A DNA stretch of 64,000 bases from the human T2T-CHM13v2.0 reference genome, Homo sapiens, in NCBI RefSeq assembly GCF_009914755.1, contig NC_060947.1, one strand, 5' to 3'. Positions within the stretch are counted from its first letter, which is position 1. Each line of letters opens with the position of its first letter. A program made the translations under genes and the position numbers. Shown here piece by piece: positions 13,785-29,800 of the stretch. Below the pieces are notes generated by a model. The model was not told the DNA's origin, did not search any database, and saw only the letters and a program-made list of their open reading frames with translations.

Positions 13785-16034
13785 TTAGACCCCTACTTGA
13801 TAGTTTTCCATGTATAAAATTGAAACATTGCTACCAACACTGTTACGAAGCAAAGACTATTTCTTTCATTCTGGCTCTTCTGTTTGAATTTTCAAATAAA
13901 GTTGAAAAGATTTAAGGAACAACTATTTAAAAACAGAATAGTTTTACAAATCTTACATTAGTGTTCATAGAAATTCTTAACTAAGGGAGAAACCTATGAA
14001 AGCCCTGAAAATTCGTGCTATCAAATGCTACAGAGCCAATAATGTTTTGCTCCAACATGGAATGGAGCAAATTAGGTGGAGGAATTTCAAGCAGAATCAG
14101 TGTCCAGTCCCTGGTGAATTGTACCTTTTAGGAGGAGGGGTTGACAGACCCCTTTACAAAGCACACAGACGTTGCAAAACACACAATGATGTATTGATAA
14201 AACCTTGGGGTTCTGTCTTCACTGTAGTGTCTGTAGTGTCTAGCATGTGAACACCCACTCTGTGTGATCCTGGGTTTTTATGCAGTAAACCACTTGGCAT
14301 TGCTGAGCTGACCTGTGTAAGGGAGGCAAGGGTATAAAAGAGGATGCCTGACCTGGGGGCTGAGTTAACAGCGGGTTCCAGTTACAGCCATTTGCTGTGA
14401 TATAGCCAGCCCCCTCCCAACAAACCTTCAGTGTTTTTTATTGACTTGACCCAGAGCCTCCCTTCCACCTGGTAGATTTATCTTCTGGCCTTTTTTGTTC
14501 TCTGTCTACAAACCTTGCTTAGAACAAATTGAGACCAAAGTCCAGGCATTGCTGAATTGAAGAAGCCAGAAGGGAGGTCAGCATCCCAGAATAACTTATG
14601 TGAATTGGTCAGGCCCACACCAGGGTGCCATATACCAAAGTGAGTTTCAGCCTTGCCAAGTCAAGTTGGAGGTTAACAGGGAAAGCATGCCCACTCCCAG
14701 GTAGAAGACCCTGCAAGGCTTTCTTGTTGATTTATGGCCTATAATAATTTAGCCTAAGGGTATGAAGCACCAGTTCTTAAGTATATTAATGTCACTTTGG
14801 CCATCTCCCATATATTTGCATAAATCAATAGGGCCACTCCTCTGATTCTTTCCACTCTCAGTCATTTCGTTTTCTCTCAGTCTTTTGTGTCTTCCTGTGT
14901 CTGGTGATGCAGAGATTAAGTTGGCAGTCTCTAATATGCATATATTTAAATATTTTCCAAGAATGTGCAACTTTTTTCAATTATAATGAATGTTTATAAC
15001 ATTAATACAGAATTTAACAGTATTGATTTTGCTTGTTTATTGAATGTGAAGGTAAAAACATTAAACTATATTATGCTAAAATCTTTATGTGATTTTATAT
15101 TTAAGCAGACTAACTTTTGTTTTATTAGAGATATATTTATAGCTTGAGGAACTGAGTATTATTTGAGGATGCTTTCTTTTTTATTTTTCATGATTTATAA
15201 TGGCAAGCCCTATTTCATTTGTCCTTTGATTTTTTTATTCAATTTTCACAACTTTTTTCTTTTTTTGGGGAATGAGGATAACTACACACCTCCCTACAGG
15301 TAACACCCCTGAATTCCTGGGGAAACATAGGCAAGATGAAATCCCATTTGGCCTATAATTGCTTTGAAGCATTTGTTAACCTCATAAAGCCTGCTGCCAA
15401 TATGGGGGCAGGTTATGTCAACCTTGAAGTCTCTGTCAATGTGGCATATACTCACAAAGTTACAAAGATTCTCAGCTCCCTTCATACTGCAAGGCCTTTT
15501 TGCTCTTCAGCCACCCTCCTTTCTCCTATTAACCAGAAAACCCTCATCCTACAATAAGCAGTGCAGACTTTTTCAAGATAAACATGAAGAGAAAAATCTG
15601 AAAATTAGAATTTTGTACCTAATTGTCAGTTATTTATTTTTGGGCTACTCTCTTGGTTCCTTATCAACGGTACTATCAGATAGACTGTAAAGAGTCCACA
15701 TGCCTGAGGTACCAACATTTTAGCTCTAGGGAATATCACCTCACATGACATGGCACAGCTGAGGAAACAGTAATTGCTATTTTCCAAAATCAATACTATT
15801 TTTATGGACCCTCACATTCTACAAAGAAGTTGTAGAATATAGAGAATGACTATATCACATTTTAAAAAGTTTGTATCCTTCAAGCTGGATTTTAATAATT
15901 TCATTTTATTATTCTGCTCACTCTTCCCAACATAGTTTAATTCACCAACAGTATACAGCCAATTTTCTAGGCAGAGAGAGAGTGAACATATGCAAAATCC
16001 ATGATCCCTGCACTCAAGGGACTCACATTCCAGT

Positions 16035-16642
16035 TGTATTAGTCCATTCTTGCACTGGTCAGCGCTTGGTCCCAACCATTCAACAAGTCTCTATGAAGTT
16101 CCAGACTTTCCCTCATCTTTCTATCTCCTTCTGAGCCCTCCAAATGGCTCCAACCTCTGCCTCTTACCCAGTTCCAAAGTCCCTTCCACATTTTCAGGTA
16201 TCTTTATGGCAATACCCCAATTCTGGTACCAATTTTCTGTATTACTTCATTCTCACACTACTATAAAGAACTACCTGGACTGGGTCATGTGTAATGAATG
16301 GAGATTTAATTGGCTCATGGTTCTGCGGGCTGTATAGCCTTCTGCTTCTGGGGAGGCCACAGGAAACTTACAATTGTGGCAGAAGGAGAAGGAGAAACAA
16401 GCATGTCTTCACATGGCTGGCAGGAGAGAGAGAAAGAAAAAGAGTGAAGGGGGCGGTGCTACACACTTTGAAACAACCAGATCTTGTGAGAACTCTATCA
16501 TGAGACAGCACTAGAGGAATGGTTCCAAACCATTAGAAACCACCCCCATGATCTAATCACTTCCTACCAGACCCCACCTCCAACTTCGGGAAATACAATT
16601 CAAGATGATATTTGGGTGGAGACACAGAGCCAAACTATATCA
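16035..16642 (-). mobile_element. MSTA-type MaLR provirus remnant: full 5' LTR (16238-16642), ~180 bp of internal sequence, last ~23 bp of the 3' LTR
   Basis: LTR ends tgtatt...gccaaactatatca, internal start (ctggtaccaattttc on the + strand). Perfect 5-bp TSD ccagt at 16030-16034 and 16643-16647. Confidence 0.85.
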
Positions 16643-19600
16643 CCAGTGGAGAAGGCAAACTTGCATAGGGCTGGCCTATCTCACACAGAAACTTTGCATG
16701 AATTTGAAATATAAGGGCCTCCTACTGGTGAATTAGAGAAGCTTACTGAACATATGACACAGTCAAATGAATTAGAAAAATGCATCTCTTACTCAGTGGA
16801 TGGTGCTTTGTGATGGGACATCCTTGTCCTTGACAAAATGCCCCCATGCAAGGCATACTCTTTGCTAGTATACACAGTGTCCTGAAACATGTCCGCTAAT
16901 TTCTATAAAACAGTTAGACAGATTGTGACAATTTCTAGAATAGAAAGAAGAATTCATTTCTGTATGATAGTGAAGACAGGGATAATTGATTAATACAGGA
17001 GTTTGATCAAGGATGAGTTGCCAATAAAACAAAGAGACTGGGCAGGAGAGATGGGTACTCCCAAGAAGATTCTATGAACACAGCAAAACAGCTAAGTATG
17101 AAATCTCATGTACACATGGATTAATGATTCTGAGAATGGTTTCTTGGAAGTGATAGAAAATGGGTTGGATGGATAAATCAGACTGATATTGAGTAGGGCA
17201 GTTAATTTTAAGTTGAATTATTTATAATCATTATAATTATTATTGAAGCAGGAATCCAGTGGAAGAATAGGCAGGGCCTGATTTCATCTTTGTTTTAGAA
17301 AGCATCTTTGATGCCAAAACAGATAGTAGATTACAGGTTGGAGAAAGGAACTGGAGATAGGGAGACTGGCTAGGAGACTTTTGTATTGTGTTACACTGCT
17401 TCACATACTCCCTTTCTATACTGCCCTCGGCTATTCCCTCTGTAATTCTAGCAAGGGATTCCAAGGACCACAGTTTATATTGCTATAAAGATCAAACTTA
17501 ATGACAGTTTGAGTGATGTTCGCATTTGAAGGGAAGGAAGTTTTCATTCACTTGCAGAGCAAATTGGTGACACATTTGAGTGAAATGGTTCTGAAAAATG
17601 TGGTGATAAAAGGAAAGAGAGACTGTAGATTTCATTGCCACAGTGACTTCTAAAGTCTAAGGACAGCTTCCAGGTTTTTGAGGAAATAATGTCCTAAAAC
17701 ATACCACCAATTATTATTAAACAATCCATTAATAATTTATGTCATTTAAATATATTTTATCTTCTCAAAATGTCTGTGGAATAATCTGTAAGGCCTGCAA
17801 TTAATGTTGTGTCAAAATTTTGTTAAGAAAATTGAACTTTTAAGTGCAGGTATACAAATCTTTTCATGAGTCTTCTCACCCTCACTGAGTTTCCTAGCTC
17901 CTAGCTCACTGCCTTAATTATTATAAATTGTTCTATAAAAATATAATTTTAAATAACAGTGATTATTCTTACTAATCAGGTTTATATTATAATTTTGATA
18001 GCCAAATGGTGACCTATAATGATTAATGATCTCTCTTTAGCATATGGAATTTAACATTTCGAATTTTAGCTTAACTTCCATGTGCCTGTTTAGCCATCAA
18101 AATAATATAATATTGCTCAGCCTTCTCAAACAAATAAATCACAAAACGGGAAAGATCCGAACCCAAAATAAGAGAATAAATACGATTTAATACCTATGAA
18201 AAATCAAGGAGATTTTCTGTCTAGGTAAATGCACTTTTTTGGGGGAAGATTGAGGTTATTTGTATCTAGAGGGCATCCGTGACTTGTCAAAGGTTACCCA
18301 GCTAATTAGTGGCAGAGCTGGGATTAAAACTTTTGTGCCAATTCAGTGTTTGTATCCCTCTTTTCTGGGTAATTAACAGCTGGTCTTCTTGCAAATTTGC
18401 ATGTAACTGTGCTATTTGAGGACTGCATTTAACTAGATACACAAGAGGAACAAAATATCTTCTGTAAAAGTTTCTTATAATTGACAATGAGCTTTGGCAT
18501 CTTTCTGGAAAATACAATATATTTCTAATTAAGCATGCCAAACAGAAGTTATGAAATTAAAAGCAGGAAAAACTTGTATAGGTGATTATTAGAACAGCTC
18601 ATGATGACAAGCGTCTGCTAAGTGTCAACTAATTTCATTTCCCTTGTCAAAGCTTCTAGATTTGGAATATGAGAGGATTTTCTACTTTAAAACAGCTTTT
18701 TATTTATTGCATTTCTGTGCCTTTCATGGTCTAATTTTATTCCAAGAAAAAGTGGAAGCAAATAATCAAACTATAGTAGAGATTATGGCTCTTCTGAATA
18801 ATGTTCTGACACAGGCAAGATAAGCATTATTTTCGATTATATTAAGTGATTTTTTAATACAAAGAATATATTGATATTGAACATGTTAGTCAAAATAATT
18901 TTTTGAGATATGGTAATATACTGTGTGTGTAAGATGTAGAATTTAGTGGAAATTGAGTGGAGTCCTAGTTAATAATATTTTAACTGATGAATCAATGGCT
19001 GAGAAGATGTTATAATTTATATTTGAGGAAAATATTCTGGCAAATAGCCATTTACTCCTTTTAAATTGACTCCCATAGGTTGGTATTCATTTTCACATGG
19101 TAGACAAGCCCTAGTTCAGGTTTTATTTGGGCACACATTAAAGGAAACAGGTAGTTATAATAACTCTACACTCAATGAGTCTAATTGCTTATGCACATTT
19201 TATTTTTGATAAAACAACGAATTTTTAGGTAATTAGTTATCTAATTTCGTTGTTTTATCTAAAGATCTTCAGTCTTTAACTGATGCATTTTTCCTCTACT
19301 TGAATTACTGAATATTTTACATCTTTAATTGTTGATCATTCAGTTGTATTTGTGTGGAAACACATACAAACACACAAACACACAAATCACATTTCAAATG
19401 GCTAGCTTGGATTTTTGCTTGTAAAGTACGTGGCTGCTTAAGAAAATATACTATATGAAAATTGTGTATTATGTAGTATTTATTGCCAGGAGTGTATAGA
19501 CTTAAATGATAAATAATATAAAACGTTCAAAGTTTTTCATATTCTTTTTTCCAGCATGAACTATAGATAACTGTGGGTCTTAATTAATAAAATTTTAGGG

Positions 19601-19811
19601 AACATTATCATACAGCAATAGACCACCAAATGAATTATAAACAAATCCTAATGGGGGATAACAAAGCTATAAATAATAGACCTCACAGTGAGAAATTTTT
19701 CATTCTTATATTGTTTATAGATTAATTTTTAATTTCTGTTTCATTTGTTATCTAGATTTGTAATATTTTAGAATATGTATTTTTTGCATGATCAATTTAC
19801 CTTTATATCAT

Positions 19812-20656
19812 TGTTGACAAAAAGAGTCAAACTCTAAAATATTTGGGGAGATTTATTCTGAGCCTAATATGAATGACCATGGCCTGTGACCCAGCCCCAG
19901 GAGATCCTGAGAACATGTGCCCTAGGTAGTCAGGATGCAGCTTGGTCTTATACATTTTAGGGAGGCATAAGACATCAATCAATACATGTAAGATATACAT
20001 TGGTTCTGTCCAGAAAGCAGGATAACACAAAGTGGAGACTTCCAGGTCATAGAATTTAATGATTTTCTGATTGGCAATTGGTTGAAAGAGTATATCTAAA
20101 GATCTGGAATACATGGAAGGGAGAATGTTGGTTAAGATACTGGGTTGTGGAGACCAAGATTCTTCTTATACAGATGAAGTCTTCAGATAGCAGGCTTCAG
20201 AAGGAATAGATAGCAAATTATTCTTATCAGACTTAAAAAGATGCCAAACTCTTTAGTTAATTCTCTCCTGGATCAGGAAAAAGACCCGGAAAAGGAAAGG
20301 GGATTCTCTACAGAATGTAGGTTATCCCCGTAAGTGACAGCTTTGCAGGGCCATTTCAAAATGTCAAGGAAATCTATTTTGAGATAAAATACTTTGATTT
20401 CTTTCAGGGCCTGCTATTTCATGTTGATACCTTCCTGCTAGAGTCTGTTTTTCAGTCTTAAGGTCTCTGTTGTAATGTTAATGCTGGTAAGCTGTGCCTG
20501 AATTCCAACAGGAGGAAGGTATAATGAGGCATGTCTGGACTCCCCCACTTCCTGTCATGGCTTGAACTAGTTTTTCAGGTTAACTTTGGAATGCCTTTGG
20601 CTGGGCAGGGATCCATTTAGTTAGTTGGGATCTTAGAATTTTATTTTTGGTTTACA
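19812..20656 (-). mobile_element. ERV1 solo LTR, MER4 group
   Basis: TG...CA ends, 4-bp TSD tcat/tcat, MER4-type atttattctgagcc...gacatcaatcaatacatgtaagat. Confidence 0.85.
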
Positions 20657-21200
20657 TCATTTATCTAGATGTTTCATGATTATAATGAAGCAAATCCCAG
20701 TGATCACAGAATTTTATTCATAAGCAATTCAGTAAGTGTTTCTACAACAAAAATGTTTTTTTGACACTGCCAAAGATATCCTTGCTATAAAAATATGGTA
20801 AAGTTTTTCTTAATATCGTCCAAACATCCAAGCTGTTTTCAGATTTCTCCAATTGTCTTATACTTATTTGTATGTTTTTTCTGTCACTTCGTTTTAAGAT
20901 TCTTTGAATCAGGATCTAAATAAGGTTCAACCATTGTGATTGCATATGTCTTTTGAGACTCCCTCTCTCCTTTTCCTTTTTATTAAAACTCTAGGTTCCT
21001 AAAATTAAGGTATTGATCATCCCATATTACAGAGGAGGAAACTGGATTTCAGAGGTTTAGTAAACTTGCTTGAAGCCTAGTAGCTAAGAAATGGCAGTGC
21101 CAATTAAAACCAGAAATGTCCACCTCTGCTGATCTTTCACTATATCATGTTGCTGCCCTTGCATTATTCCTGCTTTTGTTTTTGCCTTATCTCTTTAGCC

Positions 21201-21656
21201 TGTTGGTCTAAAGAAAGAAATTGAGGCAACATTAATATAGAGAGGTTATTTGGGCCAAGGTTCAGGATGGCTGCAAATGACTTACTTCCAGGTCGCCTTG
21301 GGTAGTGCTCCCTTCATTCTTTGTTACAAACAGATTTTTAAAGGCAAAAAGGGACAAGGGTGGCTGATACAAAGTTGTTTGACAGGAATCCTCCCTGATT
21401 TATAGAAATAATATTGGCTAATGATTGGCTATACATTGTTTGAACTATAGAGTATGAGTTATGGTTTCTAGCATATGGCATTTTATGGCTACTTGGCTTC
21501 AGTTAGTGTAGAGACCACATATCAAGTGGCCTCAAGAAGTAATTATTTAGCTCAAGGGGATGTGAAACTCAACTGCTGTCACATTTTAATGCCTCTCTGG
21601 GACGGATAATTAAAGAGGGCTTTTGTTAATCAAATAAAAGATTCTTTTCTTTCTTA
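21201..21656 (-). mobile_element. ERV1 solo LTR (MER65-like)
   Basis: 4-bp TSD agcc/agcc. gaggcaacattaatatagagaggttatttgggccaagg...gtaattatttagctcaagggg. Family from recall. Confidence 0.7.
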
Positions 21657-22135
21657 AGCCTTTTCTACTTCTGGTCTAATTATTTTTTCTAAAAAAAATT
21701 TAGACTTTTCCATGTTCATTTTGAAAGCCTGCACTTTAAAATGTAGAGTTTTGGGGACTCAGATGCCTGGCAAAACTGATGTCACTCCTGTCCAATAATA
21801 AGTTACAGACTAAAGGAAAAAAATTTCTTGCTTCCTCATTTTGTTCATTTTAAGACAGCATTTGCCTGAGGATATTTGGGAAGATCAACTGCTATCAATG
21901 CAATCCTGGGACCTTCTTAAGCAATCCCTGTGCTCTGGTTGCAGGCAAAGTTTCTCCCATACTATGGTTGAACTATATTTGTGCCTTACCTTTGTTTACC
22001 CATTTATAGGCTGTGTTGCTTATAAAAGCACAATGCATGGTAGTTCTTACAGTATGCAGATTTCCCTTGTAGCAGAAAAAGTTATATTTTTATGAGAGAT
22101 TTTGAAATTTAATACTATAATGTCTTGTGTTTTAG

Positions 22136-22250
22136 ATTGGACAATTAATATATGTTGCGGAAGGAAAAGGTATGACCCCCTTGCCTTCCAGTTGCCTTCC
22201 AATGAATACGTCTTCAAGTCCAGTTTATTACAGCACTACTCGAGAAGAAG
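22136..22250 (+). CDS. CFAP47: CFAP47 coding exon D (115 nt, phase 0-1): IGQLIYVAEGKGMTPLPSSCLPMNTSSSPVYYSTTREE
   Basis: tgtgttttag| acceptor, AAG|gtagag donor, open and phase-compatible. Confidence 0.87.
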
Positions 22251-23030
22251 GTAGAGTACACATGTGTTTTATTTCATTTATAATGTTGAAGAATGGACTT
22301 TTCCTCATATAGTTACCTAAGCATACTCATAGCAAGCTTCTCTTCTGTGTGTTTAGATTTCGAAAGGGCTTCTTTTAACTTTATTATGTCAGTATCCATG
22401 AAATAGAGCAGCACCATTTTACCAATTAAAAAATTTCAATGGTGATTTTTTAAGTCTTCCTTTTCCAGTCTTAAGCTAAATATTGGAATTTGGCATACAA
22501 AATATTTACTTGGCAACACTTTCCATTTCTCAAATAATCTGGAAATTATTTTACTCTCAAAAAATCTACATAATGTTATATAACCTGGAATTTTACCCTG
22601 GCCCCCAGTTCTTGATTATTTTTCCTTAAGGAACTAAGCATTAAAATGTTGTCAGTGAAAGCAAATGACAGTTCTTGGGAGTTTTTGACAGGTGTCTTTT
22701 TTTTTTCCACATTTATGTCTACTCTCCCCCTACCTATCACTGATAGGAGCACAATGGTCACTGAATTTTTGAGCATGTTGATGACGTTTATATGGACCAA
22801 TCATTTGACTAGATCTCTTAGAGAATACCAATAATCTTTAATTCCTGAAAACTTGCTCTTTAATTACTGAATTAGAACTAATAGACATGTGCTATGCATT
22901 TATTTTTACTCTGTTTCATAATGACCATAACTGCAATTTTATATTTCAAACCTCCCAAGTCCATCCTGGATGACAATGTCAAGGGCATAAATGTTCATTG
23001 TATTCATTAATATTTTTTTTCTTCCTCCAG

Positions 23031-23257
23031 GGCCTAATAAGAAATACCCAGTTCTGTATTTGAAATGCAAACCCTATCAAATCCTGTATGTGGACCTTAA
23101 ATTGCCAATGACTAATGAAGCCAAGGAAAAGGCTTTGGCTTTTGCAGCACAGCAACAGATGTCGAGTATTGAGTATGAGCGAAGGTTGATCACAGGCACT
23201 CTAGAGAGCAGTAGTATCCGTGTGGCCATCGCCCTCCTGGGACTGACGAAGATCGAG
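23031..23257 (+). CDS. CFAP47: CFAP47 coding exon E (227 nt, phase 1-0): PNKKYPVLYLKCKPYQILYVDLKLPMTNEAKEKALAFAAQQQMSSIEYERRLITGTLESSSIRVAIALLGLTKIE
   Basis: Strong pyrimidine tract cttcctccag|, donor GAG|gtggga. Lies within ORF 22991-23272. Confidence 0.92.
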
Positions 23258-23499
23258 GTGGGAATGGAGTAATAGATGATTCACTTCAATTACTCTCTCT
23301 TTAAAAATACACAGAGTTACAGAGCTGTTACTATTTAAAATATTATTTTCATTAAATAACATTTTTAGAAGGAAAAGTAATGAGTACCGAAGGACAGCTC
23401 AGTTGTCATTTTTTCCTTTATACCTCGTTAAATAATGAATCTGAAACAAAGCATTCTACTATGTAATTTAAGGCATTACAGTGTAGTCATTAATTCACA

Positions 23500-23900
23500 G
23501 TAGTTTTCACTTCTGTTTGCACATTAGAGTGCCCTGGAGAACTTAAAATAATGCCCATACCCAGGCCCCACTCAAGAAAAATTAAATATGAATCACTAGG
23601 AGGGGGTGGGTAGGAATATGTTCTAAAAGTTGCCCAGGATATTTTGCTGTGTAGCCAGGTAGAATCATCTCTGGTGTCAGATAGCCAGACTGAGAATTCA
23701 GACTCTAACACTGTCTAGCTGTGTGACTGTAGGCTGGTTATTTAAACCTCCTCAAGCCTAAATTTTTATATTTTTTTATATGGAGATATTGGTAATTTGT
23801 AAAAACTGAAATAATTATACATAAAATGCTTACCTCGTATATATAATAAGTGCACTCTTTATGCATGATATTGAGGTACTTATTACTACCCTGTAGTAAT
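23500..23900. mobile_element. MER5-type DNA transposon followed by a MIR fragment
   Basis: cagtagttttcac...attagagtgccctggagaactt...ccaggccccactc (MER5-like), then tagctgtgtgactgtaggctggttatttaaacctcctcaagcct (MIR core). Confidence 0.55.
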
Positions 23901-24009
23901 AGTACACTACTATTGCTATTAACTATTGCTATAGACTCTATCATTACAGCTTAGAATAAGGTACAATCTATTTTTATGATTGGAATTAGGTACAATCTAT
24001 TCTCACAGA

Positions 24010-24663
<654 letters not shown>

Positions 24664-25762
24664 CTATAAATGAGGTTTTGTTTTAGCAACTTACACACAT
24701 TTTTATATACATTTTTCTTTCTTAAGATTTATCTTCATTTATATATATCAAAGTACTTGGCATTGTAGAAATTATTTATTTTTTTATTTGTCAGAAGCTA
24801 GAATCAATACAGCCTAATCCCAGATTTCTAACAATTGGTGATGATATTTTTAAATGACCTGGATTTTGAATTTCTGGTTGGCTCAAAAAATGTTAAATCC
24901 TGAGGCTTTGATACTTTCTTGACTGCACCGTGCTTCTAAGAAGTTGATGGTTTTCTTTAGCTCAAACCAAACCACTTCTTTCTGATATAGAACAATAGAT
25001 TTCAGAAGGTTTATGTTCAACTTTCAGTACACTATTACATTAAAATTTTTCAATTAGTGGCTCTTTCAAAATTTAAGCCTGTCATAATGCCCTCCCATTT
25101 TCTTTTTCAATTCATTTTCTTCATTATTACCTCTTGTCAAAACATTTTATTTAAATTATAAATGGTTGAGAGAGGTGTTATTTTGTCCATGACTAGCCTT
25201 TTCATTGTGTATGCATATATATAGTTTCTTTCTCCTTCTTCCTTTAGCTTTTTCCTTGGAACGCAGCATATGTGTTTATTATTACATTTAATAAATTATG
25301 TTTTTATTGGATTTACTTTTATGTTTAACTGTTTCTCCTGTCAGATTGTGAAATCCTAGAATCTTAAGAACTTTTCTCACGTGTTTTGGTCTATCCTTTG
25401 ACATCTTATGCATGATATGAGCCTTGTCGTTGTTTAATTGAATTGAAAATATGCCTAAAGAAACAAAAGTCACTTTTAACTTGCTTCACTTACACTTAGA
25501 GACCTGGGCTTATATTAAGTGTCCACTTTACGAAGAATAGTATTGAACTACATTTTGTCTAGAGGAGCATATGCATGGAGGTGAGTTGTTGTAACCCCCA
25601 TTATCATTGTAATCATTGAGGAACTAAAAATAACAAACCTAGGTAAGAGAGTTTTTGAACATCTGTGGAGAGGTGGGACCCAGTTATTTTTGTAAATTCA
25701 CAAAATTGTCTTTAGTGAAATAGGAGGCCTCAGTCTGTGCTACTAATAAGAATGTATCTGAT

Positions 25763-26346
<584 letters not shown>

Positions 26347-26713
26347 AAGAATGTATCTGATATATCTGATGGGTAGATATGAAGGAGTACAGGTTTCAAC
26401 TAAAGGAGAAAAGCACTTTCTCAAATGCTGGTCAGCGGTGGAATAGTTTCCTCTTAAGGCAAGGCATTTCTCAACACTGAAAGCATTAGCACGGGGGACA
26501 TTGGTCATCTCTCAATAAAAGAGGACTCCACTGGTTTTCTGAAATGTGTTTGTACTGTTTTCCACCAATTAAATAAAAATAATGAAATAATCAAATTCAA
26601 TCCTTGATGGATTTTTTTCCCCAAAGGTATAGTCTAAATACATAATGCTGTCTTTTGTGTTTTGGAGGTGAAAGTTAAGAAAATTACATTCTAATTTTAC
26701 TGTTTGTTCACAG

Positions 26714-26867
26714 ACTCTTATGCTCTTTCGTATCTCAAAGTTGAGGAAGCCTAAGACCGTTTCATACACAACAGAAGTGAGCCTTCCAAAGTATTTTTAT
26801 ATCCCTGAGAAAATCTCCATTCCTTGGATTCCAGAACCTCAAGTAATTAAACTTTCAAAAGCAAAAG
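26714..26867 (+). CDS. CFAP47: CFAP47 coding exon F (154 nt, phase 0-1): TLMLFRISKLRKPKTVSYTTEVSLPKYFYIPEKISIPWIPEPQVIKLSKAK
   Basis: tgtttgttcacag| acceptor, AAG|gtaatc donor, open frame. Confidence 0.88.
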
Positions 26868-29800
26868 GTAATCAGTGATGTGCGGCCTAAAAATCTAAGT
26901 GTTCCGGGAATGATGATGTATTCACTTCACAGTTGAGGCAAAAAGAGATTACACTTTTACTGACAAAGTGTTCATAATATAATTGAAGGGTTTCAGTGAA
27001 GTAAATACCAATTATTGAATGATGCTTTGCATTACATATAATCAACATATTACATCACAGTAATCAAAATTATGTACTGAATTTGGGTGCTAAATTACTG
27101 GTACTGAAACTTGCAGGCTTACAAATTTGTTAAAGAGTGGTAATCTGATAAAGATAATAAGTGCACTTTGAGGAAGGTGAGCTCTTGCTTTGAGAGTGAA
27201 CTTGGTTATGGAAGTTGTGCTGAAGTTGAGGCTTAGGCTGGCTCTAAAAGAAAGGAAAAATGTTGATGGCTAGAGGTTATCAGAGGAGAAGAATGTGTTA
27301 TTGGTGAGTAACTTATCTTTGATCTGGAGCAGGATTTTTATTGAATACTGTACTTATTTTTGATCTCCTGGTGCCCCTTTATTCTGTTGCCATTATCAAT
27401 AAGGTTTAATCCAAATTTAATATGAATATTGATATACTAGCATTACTAAATACAAGTGATAAGACATAAACAAGTGACTAAATATTTTTAACTATTCAAA
27501 ATTACCTTTCTTTTTCATTTCAGTTCTTTTCAAACAACTGGATAATAGTAGGAATGTAATTTATTCACTAAGGCTATTCCTAGAATGTTCCACAATTCCA
27601 GTATCATGGATTCTCACTTATGCTTTTGCTAAATTTGGTTTTGTTAAATCTTCATTTGTCATTCTAGTATGGATTTGTGTTGGCTACAAAATATTTGTAA
27701 GCCTGAAAGGGTGATTACAACTTATAAATTACAAGATAGTCTGTTTACTTTCCCTCCCTAGGAGAACTGAGATCCCAGACTCAAATGCTAAGTGGCCATG
27801 CAAATAACAAGGAATTAAGAGTTAGGTCTGGTCTAAGGTAATAGGGATGATAGATCCTATGGTGAACTAGAGAGTAGATGCCCTGTCTAAACATTCACAT
27901 TCAAAAAGTAAAAATAAAAATAACCTGAGCCAGCCAAACAACTACGGAGGGATATTTGGCTTACCAGCAATCAGTTTGAGACCCTTCATCATAAGTCTTT
28001 ATCTTATTAAAATCTTTATTAACTCAGCTTTTCAATGTGCTATTAGAATTTTAAATGGATAACTTGTTTTAGTAACTTTTTAATCCCTTTTGAGATAACT
28101 GGATAAAGCTGCATCTACTTTGAAACACAGAGAGGATTGTGAATGTATTTATTCAGCCATTCGTTCATCGACAATGTTGAGCATCAATTCCCCTAGGCAA
28201 AAAGATAAAAATTGCCTTATTCTTTCCTTTGGTGGACTCACAGATAAGTAGCTCTTATAATACAATGAGATAAGTGTTATATATAGACACATATAGAATG
28301 TGTTTATAAATAAAATTAAGAATTAATTCAGGTGACTATATAGGATAATTCAAATGTTAAAGCATTTCACTTTGAGAAAATGTATAACCAAGGATACACA
28401 GCATAGAATTGACTTAAAACTTGAAGTATAGCCTTATTAAACACTCATGAAGACTGTGTCATATTTAAATAGTTTTTAAGTTATCTACATTTAAAAATCT
28501 GTTCAGATATTTTTCTAAGGCTGATTTTTTCTTTCATATCAATTATTAATTATCCATTTTGGTAAGATGATTACTGTCAAAATATGAAAAAATAAAATGG
28601 CAAACAATTTTGAATTATCATTAATAAAACGTTTTAAATGTAGTTGGGCTATCATGGTTTATGTCTAACTCGATTTTCTGTGCAGCTGAGATTATAAAGG
28701 GATCTTTTCATCCTATGTTTCTGTTTTCACTGCCTTAAACAGGCACTTAAATGAAGTAAGTTTAAGAAGAAAGATATTAGTAAACTTTCAAAAATAGGAT
28801 ATTATAACTCAGGATAGTAACAAATGAAATAAAAGGCATGCCCTAAACTCTGTGCATTCTGCTGTTCAGAGGTGGACTTGAATAATGAAAAGGAATGGGA
28901 TGCAAGCATTGTAACTTTAATAAATGCAATTCTATTAGAATTTGTGCCTTAGAAGATTAGAGTTATGTGTTTAGAAAACATATTTTTATGGTATAAACTG
29001 ATTTTAGGAGAATAAACAAGCAAATTTCTGATAATAAATATGGCAATATTGAAACAAAACTTTTTTTTTTTCTTTTGGTGTCATGGAGAAAGAAACAAAT
29101 GACAAGAATTTATCTGGAGAACCAGGGATAGCCCAGTGTTCCCCTAACTGCAGAAGACAGGTAGAAGTAGGACCATATTTATGATCACTTGAAGTTCTAA
29201 ACTCATCAAAAGAAGCTAGTTTTAAGGTATTAAAAAAGTGGCTTTCTTTCCTCTCACATTAATGTTGTCAATCAGTCTTTACTGAAACATTTAGTGATTT
29301 TAGGGACGGATTTACTGTGATACCAAAGGAGCAGAAGCTTTATGATTTTTTACTTTTTTGACCCCCTTTCCTAGTCCCTGTACCTACTTTTATATTTCTA
29401 ATTTTACATTATTGCTCTTTTGGAAGGCCCCTCCCGCAAATTGTGACAACCTCATGCCTCACAAAACTCAGAATTGAACCTGGGTGTAGATATTGACTTA
29501 CAATCCCTTCTACCTGTGGTTCCTGGGATGTTGAAATTTATGGACAGGCAGAGCTTTATTGGCCTTAAATTGCTAGCATAGCTAAGCAGGAGACCTGCTA
29601 TGTTTCCACTAGCAATTATCCAAATCACTTCCCCAATATACAGAGTCCTATATGAGCAATATTTGCCAAAGCACTCAAACAAAATGCTCCGGGCTGGTTT
29701 TGCTGATCAATTAATATGGAGCAAAAAACCCTCATTCCTAAGTGTTAATGACTTCAGTTTCTAGTATTTTGTATCGCTCTAATTTCTTCTGCTCCTTCTC

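Noticed and set aside
23959-24001. Direct repeat aggtacaatctatt twice, 29 bp apart; also short tandem pairs near 5867 and 29835
   Set aside because: Two-copy micro-duplications in AT-rich intron, not a spacer array, so not CRISPR-like.
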